Source: Nanobdellota archaeon (GTDB lineage Archaea > Aenigmatarchaeota > Aenigmatarchaeia > QMZP01). Taken from it: DNA of 64,000 bases. The stretch lies in NCBI GenBank assembly GCA_043814765.1, contig JBDRJQ010000029.1, positions 115,600 through 179,599 on the forward strand, written 5' to 3'. Below the pieces are notes generated by a model. That model made no database searches and had not been told where the DNA came from. It saw only the letters and a program-made list of their open reading frames with translations. The position numbers and the translations under genes were made by a program. This document shows, piece by piece, positions 39,372 through 48,075 of this stretch (its first letter is position 1; each line of letters opens with the position of its first letter).

Positions 39372-41843
39372 ATGACAACTCTACGAACATTGCTCTTGCT
39401 TCTCGTTGCACTATTCATCATTGGTTGTGGTGGTGGCGGGGGCGAGAATCCTGTTACTCCTCCACCCGACGGAAAAACATGTATTGGTGTTGACCTGCCA
39501 GTAGATGCAAACGATTCTACAGTGTTTTTCGGTTCCGGGTCAGCGCCGTTAGGACCGAACGGGTCTTTAAGAGCCAAGCTGAATTCCAACTGCACCCAGG
39601 CTGTTTTTGTTTTCAAGGGCGGAAACCTGCTAGGTGCTGCGACTGTCCTGGATACAGCCAACCGTGACACCATAACAATAACTCCGAAAGCGACTGCAGA
39701 AACATTTGTTCTTCTCGCTCCACATAACTATAAGGGAACGATTGAGAGGAACAAGAGCGCGATGAATATTATACGCTCGTTATCTACGATATCGGATTTC
39801 GAGTCTGCAATCAGAACCAATCTGGAAAACACAGGCACGATTTATGGCGGTAGCGAGCCGAATAATTTATTCAGAGACGAGTTTTCGAATGTTCTTACTG
39901 AGCTGTTTTCCAATGAACAGTTCAGGCAGGCAGCTTGGAACATCATTCCAAACAATTTAAGCGGTCTTCAAATCCGGGATGCTGATGAAACCGCTGAATT
40001 AAATGATTTTGAGGCAATCAACAGCAGGAGAAGATACGTCGATGTCTATGACGGGGATTCTCTTCTTGTTAGTGTGAAATCAATGGGCTTCAGCAGCCTT
40101 TACCAAACAGTTAAAGAATCATTTGATGTTGATGTCGCAGGCAGGGAGAACATCACTCTCACGTCATATGGTCCTGGAGTTGGCAATATTCCGGAACTCG
40201 GCACAGAGGAAATTAACAGGCTGGTAACTCCGACGCTTAAGTCAGCGGTTTTTGATGTTGCTCTGCCAACTGTCAGTATCGTGTTTGGCCTCAGTGGAAT
40301 GGGCAGTGAAAATGCAGCAATTGAGATTGTCACTCGGATGTTGGCAGATGGTGTTTTCATTAATTCTGTGGTTCAAGGTATTTATGAAGAGGATTATTTC
40401 AATGTCACTGTCAGCATTGTTTTCAAGACTGTGGATATCCTAATAACAGACGCCCTGGAGAACGGAGTTAACAGCATCTTAATCAGGTATCTGGGAACTG
40501 AAACCGCCTTGACTGTGTTTGAATGGGTATTATTGCCTATTAAGGTAATTTCAATGACTCTGAAGGCGATTGATTTGGCTTTGGCTGTTGTGGCCTATAC
40601 AACCAGCAATGCAGTAGATGAATTCTATCTTGCTGATACAACCCCAACTGACACCGACCCGCCTGTGTGGGATTCAACCGTCGGCATTACCAATGCGATA
40701 TCTGGTGATGGAAAGGTAACAGTATACTGGGGAACTGCGACAGATGCACAAAATCCCCCTACTCGATATCTGATCTATAAAGATAGTGACAATCATCCTT
40801 GGGATCAAACGCCTGCTGTTAAGCATGATATCAATCCGCATATATTCAGCGGCCTCGCCAACGGCCAAGAGTATTTTTTCGGTGTAAGGTGCCAGGATGC
40901 TGTAAATAATGTTGACACAAACACTATTGTCATGTCAGCGACACCAGAAGCTGGAAGCGGTGTGCCTGATAATCCTGTGATTGTTGGCTCGGTTGATACC
41001 GATTACGCTTGGGATATTGATGTTTTGGGCAACTATGTGTATATTGCTGAACGAAGTTTTGGTTTGAAGGTTATTGATATAACAGATAAAACCAATCCCA
41101 TCATCGTAGGTTCGGTTGACACAGACAATGCCTGGGATGTCGATGTTTCGGGTAACTATGCGTATGTTGCTGATAAGGGTGAAGGTTTGAGGATTATTGA
41201 CGTAACTAACAAATCCAATCCTGTTATTGTTGCGTCGGTTGGTGATTCTGTTGCTGAGGGAGTTGATGTTTTAGGTAATTATGCGTATGTCTCTGGTAGT
41301 TCGTTAGAAATAATTGATGTAACTAACAAAACCAGTCCTGTTGTTGTAAGTATGCTTGGTGTTGGAATAAATGGGAACAACATTAGAATAGTAGGTAATT
41401 ATGCGTATGTTACAGATGCTGGAAATGGTTTGAAGGTTATTGATGTATCAGATAAATCCAACCCTACGGTTGTCGGTTCAGTTGATACAGACGATGCCTG
41501 GGATGTTGATGTTTCGGGTAATTATGCGTATGTTGGTGATCAAGTAGCTGGCCTAAAAGTTATTGATATATCAAATAAAACCAACCCTACGGTTGTCGGT
41601 TCAGTTGATGATATATACGCATTAGGTGTTATCGTTTCTGGTGATTACGTGTATGCTGCATGCACAATTAGTGCCGGATGGTTGGGATATGGATTTCAGA
41701 TAGTAAACGTAAGTAGTAAATCAAACCCCTCGATGTTTGAACACGCAGATGTAACAGAATGGGCCTGGGATGTTGCTGTCTCAAACAACTATGCATATGT
41801 TGCTGATGATGAAGCTGGTTTAACAATATTTAAACTTTGGTAA
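39372..41843 (+). CDS. Lipoprotein with FN3-like domain and LVIVD-repeat beta-propeller (bacterial-like)
   Basis: Lipobox FIIG-C followed by GGGGG, FN3-like DTDPPVW...VTVYW...GLANGQEYFFGVR, about 7 repeats of GNYAYVAD..GLKVIDVS. Confidence 0.82.
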   Translation: MTTLRTLLLLLVALFIIGCGGGGGENPVTPPPDGKTCIGVDLPVDANDSTVFFGSGSAPLGPNGSLRAKLNSNCTQAVFVFKGGNLLGAATVLDTANRDTITITPKATAETFVLLAPHNYKGTIERNKSAMNIIRSLSTISDFESAIRTNLENTGTIYGGSEPNNLFRDEFSNVLTELFSNEQFRQAAWNIIPNNLSGLQIRDADETAELNDFEAINSRRRYVDVYDGDSLLVSVKSMGFSSLYQTVKESFDVDVAGRENITLTSYGPGVGNIPELGTEEINRLVTPTLKSAVFDVALPTVSIVFGLSGMGSENAAIEIVTRMLADGVFINSVVQGIYEEDYFNVTVSIVFKTVDILITDALENGVNSILIRYLGTETALTVFEWVLLPIKVISMTLKAIDLALAVVAYTTSNAVDEFYLADTTPTDTDPPVWDSTVGITNAISGDGKVTVYWGTATDAQNPPTRYLIYKDSDNHPWDQTPAVKHDINPHIFSGLANGQEYFFGVRCQDAVNNVDTNTIVMSATPEAGSGVPDNPVIVGSVDTDYAWDIDVLGNYVYIAERSFGLKVIDITDKTNPIIVGSVDTDNAWDVDVSGNYAYVADKGEGLRIIDVTNKSNPVIVASVGDSVAEGVDVLGNYAYVSGSSLEIIDVTNKTSPVVVSMLGVGINGNNIRIVGNYAYVTDAGNGLKVIDVSDKSNPTVVGSVDTDDAWDVDVSGNYAYVGDQVAGLKVIDISNKTNPTVVGSVDDIYALGVIVSGDYVYAACTISAGWLGYGFQIVNVSSKSNPSMFEHADVTEWAWDVAVSNNYAYVADDEAGLTIFKLW

Positions 41844-41869
41844 GGTTCTTTTTCATAATATAAAAAACT

Positions 41870-41899
41870 GACTCACACCGGGTGCGGGTCGTTCTTTTA
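41870..41899 (+). terminator. Intrinsic (bacterial-type) terminator candidate
   Basis: Imperfect GC-rich hairpin GACTCACACC/GGTGCGGGTC followed by GTTCTTTT, directly after the lipoprotein gene. Confidence 0.45.
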
Positions 41900-41997
41900 T
41901 TACTGTCAACTAGTGGGGATATAATACATGAATAAAACAGATTTAAGCCATCACAACAAAATTAAAATGTTAGTGTAATAGATATGAGGCTGGAGAA

Positions 41998-42711
41998 ATG
42001 AAAAAAATTCATTCTAAGATAATTCCTGCGAAAAGAATTGAAACAGGCATTCCTGGTCTTGATTCTTTAATGGGTGGTGGATTTCTTCCAGGATCAGTTA
42101 ATCTGATATCAGGTGAAACAGGCACTGGTAAAACTATTTTATGTTCACAGTTTCTTTGGCATGGCCTTCAGAAAGGTGAAACTGGCATATTTGTTTCTTT
42201 GGAAGAAGAGCCTGAAGACATAAAAGAAGATGTATCGCAATTCGGATGGGACTTCGATGCTTTTATCAAAAAAGGTATGTTCAATATATTCTATCATGAT
42301 CCTTCACAGGCAAGCAACATCACGTCAAAGATAATAAACGAAATTGGATCACTCAATGCAAAACGCGTTGTCATAGATTCTACTGCAACTATTGGTCTGG
42401 CAATAGAAAATCCCTCGCAGATACGTAAACGCTTGCTGAGCATTGTAAACACTCTCAAAAAGTCTGGCTGTACATCAATAGTTACCTCAGAAATCAACGA
42501 AGGTAAAAAAGGCCTTTCTCGCTTTGGTGTAGAAGAGTTTGTTGTTGATGGGGTTATAATCCTTAGCTATACAAGCATAGCCCAAGAAGGGTTTGGTAGC
42601 ATAGAGGTTAGAAAAATGAGGAGAACTGCCCACCAACACGGTATGTACCCCACAAAAATAGGAAAGGATGGGCTACAAGTAGGAAAAGAGAGTATAATGT
42701 TGATGAAATAG
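41998..42711 (+). CDS. Single-domain KaiC/RAD55-family ATPase
   Basis: TGIPGLD, Walker A GETGTGKT, SLEE, VVIDS, KMR. Confidence 0.92.
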   Translation: MKKIHSKIIPAKRIETGIPGLDSLMGGGFLPGSVNLISGETGTGKTILCSQFLWHGLQKGETGIFVSLEEEPEDIKEDVSQFGWDFDAFIKKGMFNIFYHDPSQASNITSKIINEIGSLNAKRVVIDSTATIGLAIENPSQIRKRLLSIVNTLKKSGCTSIVTSEINEGKKGLSRFGVEEFVVDGVIILSYTSIAQEGFGSIEVRKMRRTAHQHGMYPTKIGKDGLQVGKESIMLMK

Positions 42712-42721
42712 GTGATGCTCA

Positions 42722-43387
42722 ATGGTAATGGGTCTTTTAGCAAAACTCTTAGTTACTCGCCAAGTTAAGATGGAAGGCGGTGAAATTTTACTGAAAGACA
42801 GACCCATGAACCTTCTTCCTGCTTTTTTTGTTAGCGAATTAATGCAATATTTTATAGAAAAAGACAAACTGGATGAACTGTATTTTTTGTCATGGTACTG
42901 GGGTTATGTTTTGGTGTGGCAGGTAAAAAAGATGTTCAATCTCAAAAAACCAGAAGATGTTTATTCTCTCGGTATGGATTTGGGGCAGGCAATGGGAATT
43001 GGTTTGTATAAAACTCATGACTATTATCCTGGAAGATATACTCATTTTAAGATACCAAACAACCCCTATCTGAAGTACATAAAAGGAAGGAAGTATAAAA
43101 GCCCCATAGACTTCTTTATATCTGGTTCCATGGGCGGGGGAGGATGTCTAGTCCACAGCGCCGTATGTCAAAACATAGAAATAAAATGCAGGGCTATTGG
43201 AAACAGTGTATGCGAATTTGTTACAGGCACAGAAAAAGAGTTAAAAGACAGGGGTTTATGGAAAGAAACTGTAAAGAGGTATAATTTAAAAAAATACTAT
43301 CCTTTACAAAAAGAGATATTTAACATATATAATGATAAAACAGAAGCTCAACTATTAGCAAAGGTTATGAAAAAAATCAGTACTTAA
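42722..43387 (+). CDS. V4R (4-vinyl reductase) domain protein
   Basis: C-terminal E-x-x-C-x3-G-x3-C-x-F (EIKCRAIGNSVCEF). Coupled to the KaiC gene with a GGTGA SD. Confidence 0.75.
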   Translation: MVMGLLAKLLVTRQVKMEGGEILLKDRPMNLLPAFFVSELMQYFIEKDKLDELYFLSWYWGYVLVWQVKKMFNLKKPEDVYSLGMDLGQAMGIGLYKTHDYYPGRYTHFKIPNNPYLKYIKGRKYKSPIDFFISGSMGGGGCLVHSAVCQNIEIKCRAIGNSVCEFVTGTEKELKDRGLWKETVKRYNLKKYYPLQKEIFNIYNDKTEAQLLAKVMKKIST

Positions 43388-44252
43388 TCCTTTCAAGTCT
43401 TTTATTGATTTCCTGTTTTTCATTTTCTATCATTTTCTTAAAATTATCTGCCAAATGGGTTTGTTCGTCTAAATTTATTTGTTTGCTATCAGCAACTACC
43501 CTTTCTGTTATTGTTCTAAGTATTTCAATGGGATTTCCCTTCTCTATAGACAATGTAACGCCTGTCTCTGTTTCAGCTATTCTATCGCGCTCTATGTCGT
43601 CTATATCCTTTTTTATCAGATTAAGTGTTCTGAAATGCCTGCCCAACACAAGCATTCTGCTAACATCGCTTGGGCTTAAAGAAATTTCCAGTAAAGGTAG
43701 TTCCACAAAAATATCCATGTCTAGACTTCTACAGGCATAAACCTCTGTAATAAGATCTATTATTTTTTCAGGGTTGTTCTCATTTTTTATCATGTTCTTA
43801 TAGACTTGTTCTCCGATGGCTATTGATATTATTTTGTTAAAATAGTTTTCAACGCTTTTTCTTTGAGTTTCATCTGATAGTTTAGATGTAAAAACTGCCA
43901 GTATCCTTATAATTTCTACAATATACGCTGCGTTTGTGTTTTTGTCTAAATTTTCATCAAGTATATCGTCCAGTATGTTTATTATCGAATCAACAGAGAG
44001 TGACAGCTCTACTGCTTCTTGTGGGTACATATCACCCATAACCTGGCCCATGAACAATGTTCTTGTGTATTTTTTTCCAGAAACCCAGTTGTTTATAATT
44101 CCTTCCATTGACTGCTCTACTATAGACATAAACACTTCTGTGTTACCGTCTTTCATTTTTATATCGTTTTGTATTATTTCCATTAATGATTTCTTTGTCT
44201 GTAAAAGAGTTTCTCTGTACCTACTAGCAATAGCATCTATGTGATTAAGCAT
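43377..44252 (-). CDS. Divergent class I isoprenoid synthase fold protein (prenyltransferase or terpene-synthase-like)
   Basis: All-helical, with GKKYTR (GKRxR-like), LDDILD (DDxxD), GEQ, and a degenerate second motif LIKKDIDDIERD. Confidence 0.65.
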   Translation of the reverse strand: MLNHIDAIASRYRETLLQTKKSLMEIIQNDIKMKDGNTEVFMSIVEQSMEGIINNWVSGKKYTRTLFMGQVMGDMYPQEAVELSLSVDSIINILDDILDENLDKNTNAAYIVEIIRILAVFTSKLSDETQRKSVENYFNKIISIAIGEQVYKNMIKNENNPEKIIDLITEVYACRSLDMDIFVELPLLEISLSPSDVSRMLVLGRHFRTLNLIKKDIDDIERDRIAETETGVTLSIEKGNPIEILRTITERVVADSKQINLDEQTHLADNFKKMIENEKQEINKRLERIKY

Positions 44253-44301
44253 AGTTATGCGTTGTTTCCTCTATTTAAATTTGTTGTTTTAACAGATTAT
44301 T

Positions 44302-45375
44302 ATGGGAAAGATAACGTTTGATCAACTCAAGCCGAACTATAATGTAGTTATAGTCGGGGCAGGAGCAGCCGGATTAATGGCTGCCATTACACTATCAAGA
44401 GATTTTAGAGTTCTGGTGATCGAATGCAGATCGCTTCCAAGACAAAAAGCATGCAGCGGAATAATAGTTACGCAAGGATTTGAAATATTCGAAAAATTAA
44501 AACCTCCTCCATACGTTTACAGGGAACCAAAAAACATCAACATTACTTATCTCGATTGGGACAACAACAAGGATGTTGCAACTAAGAAGAATTTCTTAAA
44601 CACAGACAGGAAAACTTTTGATGGGTGGTTGTTTGAACACGCATCTGAATTTGAAAACATTGATATCTGCGACAAAACCAGACTTTTAGATTTCTATTCA
44701 GCAGAAGACAATAAAATAGTCACAATTTTGAGATCAGAAAGGGATGAAGTTAAATCATTGGCGACAAGGTATGTTATAGGAGCCGACGGCGCAATGTCAA
44801 CTATAAGAAAAAGACTGTACAACAAAGAAATTCCTTACTACATAGCTATCCAAGAAACTATAAAATCAAAAATGCTTGATAGAGCTTATTTTATCTTTGA
44901 CAAAGAAATTACAGACTACTATTGTTGGTTAATACCAAAAGATGGTAAGGTTGAAATAGGAGCTGCTATGGAACCTTACAACGCTAAAGAGAAGTTCGAA
45001 AGATTCAAATGCAAAGTTGAAAAGGAGTTTGGAATTGCAGGAAGAGGTTTTTTGGAGTCAGGTATAATACTGCGTCCACGCAATATTAATGATATTTTCT
45101 TGGGAGAGAAAAACATTCTGCTAGCAGGCGAAGCTGCTGGGTTAATAACTCCTAGCGGGGCTGAAGGAATTAGCAATGCACTTAGAAGCGGAGAATTCGC
45201 CGCGCAAGTAATAAATGACTTGCCTGAAAACGCCTTGCTAAATTACGCAGAAAAATGCAGGGATCTTCTAAAAAGATTCCAGAAGAAATTCATAAAAGCA
45301 GATATAATCAAAATACCTGAACATAGATTGGAGTATTTTAGTGAAAACAATAAAAACCCTTTGGTTAAAAAATAG
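44302..45375 (+). CDS. FAD-dependent oxidoreductase, geranylgeranyl reductase/CbrA-like
   Basis: GAGAAG, KACSG, YIAIQE, FDKEITDYYCWLIPK, GEAAGLITPSGAEGIS. Confidence 0.85.
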   Translation: MGKITFDQLKPNYNVVIVGAGAAGLMAAITLSRDFRVLVIECRSLPRQKACSGIIVTQGFEIFEKLKPPPYVYREPKNINITYLDWDNNKDVATKKNFLNTDRKTFDGWLFEHASEFENIDICDKTRLLDFYSAEDNKIVTILRSERDEVKSLATRYVIGADGAMSTIRKRLYNKEIPYYIAIQETIKSKMLDRAYFIFDKEITDYYCWLIPKDGKVEIGAAMEPYNAKEKFERFKCKVEKEFGIAGRGFLESGIILRPRNINDIFLGEKNILLAGEAAGLITPSGAEGISNALRSGEFAAQVINDLPENALLNYAEKCRDLLKRFQKKFIKADIIKIPEHRLEYFSENNKNPLVKK

Positions 45376-45377
45376 GT

Positions 45378-45629
45378 ATGAGCGGCTACAAACTGAAAAT
45401 AGGACTTCCACTGGTATCGTTTTTATTGTTATGGATAATGCTAGCTCTCGGTATAACAACTGTTTATTTCACTGTTCTTCTTGGCGTTATTTTGTTCGTC
45501 TCAGGAATTCTTTTTTCTGTTCTGCTGTACGAAGCCATGCCACAGGTTTTTATTGAAACCGGCGTTGCTTTCATAGTATTAGGTGCACTGCTAATAGTTT
45601 TACCGTTTGCGCCAGAATTGTTTTTATAA
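45378..45629 (+). CDS. Small membrane protein (3 predicted TM segments)
   Basis: 83 aa, almost entirely hydrophobic, starting 2 nt after the reductase stop. Confidence 0.65.
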   Translation: MSGYKLKIGLPLVSFLLLWIMLALGITTVYFTVLLGVILFVSGILFSVLLYEAMPQVFIETGVAFIVLGALLIVLPFAPELFL

Positions 45630-45651
45630 AAATGAAAGACCATTATATAAT

Positions 45652-46179
45652 ATGGTAAAAATTAAAGACATAATGAAAAAATATGTTATAACAATTGATC
45701 CAGAACTCACACTAGGCGACGCTGCAAAGATAATGACCAACAACAGAATTGGTTCTGTTGTAGTTACTAAAAGCGGAAAGCCAGTTGGCATAGTAACTAA
45801 CGAGGACATTGTTAAAGTAGTAGCAATGGGCAAAGCACCAAAAAACATAAAGATATCAGACATAAAACCTGCTAGAAAACTTATAACAGCAGACCCTGAA
45901 GATGACATGCTAAAAGTAACACGCATGATGATACAGAAGAGCATTAAAAGGGTTCCTATTTTAAAAAATGGAAGACTTCAGGGAATAGTATCAGATAAAG
46001 AGATTCTTCTAGTATCACCAGAGCTCATAAACATACTATCCGAGAGACTGAAAAACAGAGTGGATCGTGTTGCTAAACCAAATGAAACCATATCAGGTAT
46101 ATGTGAAAAATGCGAAGGTTATTCTGAAGAACTAAAAAATATAGCTGGAAGATGGTTTTGTGAAAGTTGTAGAATTTAA
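45652..46179 (+). CDS. CBS-pair protein with C-terminal Zn ribbon
   Basis: Two CBS domains and GICEKC...FCESC. Confidence 0.9.
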   Translation: MVKIKDIMKKYVITIDPELTLGDAAKIMTNNRIGSVVVTKSGKPVGIVTNEDIVKVVAMGKAPKNIKISDIKPARKLITADPEDDMLKVTRMMIQKSIKRVPILKNGRLQGIVSDKEILLVSPELINILSERLKNRVDRVAKPNETISGICEKCEGYSEELKNIAGRWFCESCRI

Positions 46180-46181
46180 TT

Positions 46182-47051
46182 CTAGTAAGTATACTCGTTA
46201 ATAACTGTTCCTACAGAATCTGATAGTGTAGCAGTATCTCCGCCATTGTTCCATATGTTTGCTCCACCGTTCCAATATAAGTCTGTTGCTGTATCTTCTA
46301 TAACAGTATCTACTGCAACGTTATGTACCTTTATGCTTGCTCCGGAAAGCAGTGTAAATGCAGGGAAAATATAATCGTGGTTTGCAGCGTCAACCAACGT
46401 CCAGCCCATCATGTCAACATCGTCACCGTTGTTAATTATTTCAACCCATTCAGGAGCATCCCATTGTATGCTAATTATTTCAACAATAATTTCAGTCTCT
46501 TCTACAGGCGGCTCCTTTTCTGGTTCTTCTTCAGGAGGTTCTATAGGTGGCTCTTCTTCAGGTGCAATGCAGTCTTCAGGACAAGATTCGTAGGTTTCGT
46601 CCTCATCACAAGTTCCGTCACTGCAACATGTATCCATTTCTACATGTTTACATTCTTTAGTTCTCTTTTCACAGATATCTGACGTGCAAGGATTTTCGTC
46701 GTCGCAATTGGTTCCGCAAACACATTCTGCCATAGCAAGTTCTAGATGAGCGCACTCAAACCCTGTTTCTTCGCTGCAATAATCTCTAGTGCAGAGATTA
46801 CCATCATCACAGGAATCAGGACAAGTTGTTGGTTCTTCCAAAATTACCTTTTCTATGCTTTCTTCAGCGTTTTCTGATGTTTCTTCTGCATTCAACGTCG
46901 CTGTGTTCAATTCGTCTATTAGCTCTTCAGGAAGATCCTGTGAAACAATTCTAGACGATTCTGTTATATCAACAAAACAACCAGAATAAGTGATACTGAA
47001 CACAGAAACAACTAAAACGATAATTATCAATAATATATATGACAGCTTCAT
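46182..47051 (-). CDS. Exported protein with Cys-rich repeats and a lamin-tail domain
   Basis: Signal anchor, two CDDxNxCTxDxC repeats, lamin-tail motifs EWVEI.N...GWTL.D...IWNNGGDTATL. Confidence 0.82.
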   Translation of the reverse strand: MKLSYILLIIIVLVVSVFSITYSGCFVDITESSRIVSQDLPEELIDELNTATLNAEETSENAEESIEKVILEEPTTCPDSCDDGNLCTRDYCSEETGFECAHLELAMAECVCGTNCDDENPCTSDICEKRTKECKHVEMDTCCSDGTCDEDETYESCPEDCIAPEEEPPIEPPEEEPEKEPPVEETEIIVEIISIQWDAPEWVEIINNGDDVDMMGWTLVDAANHDYIFPAFTLLSGASIKVHNVAVDTVIEDTATDLYWNGGANIWNNGGDTATLSDSVGTVINEYTY

Positions 47052-47124
47052 AAAAAGCAAATTAGAGAAAAATAATTTAAATCGACATAAAACACATTAC
47101 ATTTAGTTTACTTATGTCGTACAT

Positions 47125-47247
47125 GGGCCCGTAGCTCAGTTGGATAGAGCACTTGCCTCCTAACAACCCTTTGGAAAAGGTTTGATTCAAAACCTAAAAA
47201 CATGAGGGGAAAGCAAGGGGTCGTGCGTTCGAATCGCACCGGGTCCG
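47125..47247 (+). tRNA. tRNA-Arg(CCT) with a 49-nt intron at 37/38 (47163-47211); CCA not encoded
   Basis: Acceptor GGGCCCG/CGGGTCC+G, D arm GCTC..GAGC, anticodon stem CTTGC/GCAAG, T arm GTGCG TTCGAAT CGCAC, BHB central helix CTCC:GGGG. Confidence 0.93.
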
Positions 47248-47313
47248 CTAAAACAATAAACTTATAATGTTTAAAACAAAATAAACTGTATCAAATTGGC
47301 ATGTTGGATTTTT

Positions 47314-48075
47314 ATGACAAGAATTATATGCGTCGCTTCTGGGAAGGGTGGTGTAGGAAAAACCACGGTTGTAGCTAATATTGCGACTGCGCTTACAGAA
47401 CTTGAACAATCTGTTGTTGTAATAGACAGCAACATGCACACTTCTAATCTAGGTTTGCATTTAGGAATACCGCTTTACCCAATAACGCTTCAAGATGTTT
47501 TGAAAGGCAAGGCAAAAATAAGAGATGCTCTTTACCACCATCCAAACGGATTCCGCGTTATACCGGCTGACATTTCGTTAGCAAAGAGGATGACTGTAAA
47601 ACCAAAACAGCTGATGAGTGTTATTTACAAACTAATAGGAGATGCTGATTTCATAATAATAGATGCTATGGCGGGTCTTGGTCAAGAAGCATTATCAGCA
47701 ATAGAGGTTGCAGACGAAATGATAACAGTAACGAATCCTGAGCTTCCGGCTCTTACAGACGCTTTCAAACTGAACAAGGTTGCAGAAGAAGTTGATACAT
47801 ATAACATTGGTGTTGTTGTAAACAGGGTAAAAAGAGAAGCACATGAATTCTCAAGGGAGGGCGTAAAAGAATTTTTGAATCTTCCTATTATTGGAACTGT
47901 TCATGAAGACAGCAATGTTAGAAAAGCCATAGGAAACAAGGAGCCTGTTGTTAGTTACAGGCCTGGCAGTAGATCCTCAAGAGAATTCAGAGCCATAGCA
48001 GAGACTCTTATAACAGGAGAGTACCAGAGACCTCGTTACAATTTTAAACAGAAAATGTCCAACTGGTTTAAGTAA
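47314..48075 (+). CDS. minD: MinD/ParA-family ATPase
   Basis: SGKGGVGKTT, VTNPE, VVVNRV, C-terminal amphipathic helix. Confidence 0.88.
   Translation: MTRIICVASGKGGVGKTTVVANIATALTELEQSVVVIDSNMHTSNLGLHLGIPLYPITLQDVLKGKAKIRDALYHHPNGFRVIPADISLAKRMTVKPKQLMSVIYKLIGDADFIIIDAMAGLGQEALSAIEVADEMITVTNPELPALTDAFKLNKVAEEVDTYNIGVVVNRVKREAHEFSREGVKEFLNLPIIGTVHEDSNVRKAIGNKEPVVSYRPGSRSSREFRAIAETLITGEYQRPRYNFKQKMSNWFK

Noticed and set aside
41998..42711. Circadian clock KaiC
   Set aside because: It has a single domain, no Ser-Thr phosphosite pair after the EE motif, and no kaiA/kaiB nearby.
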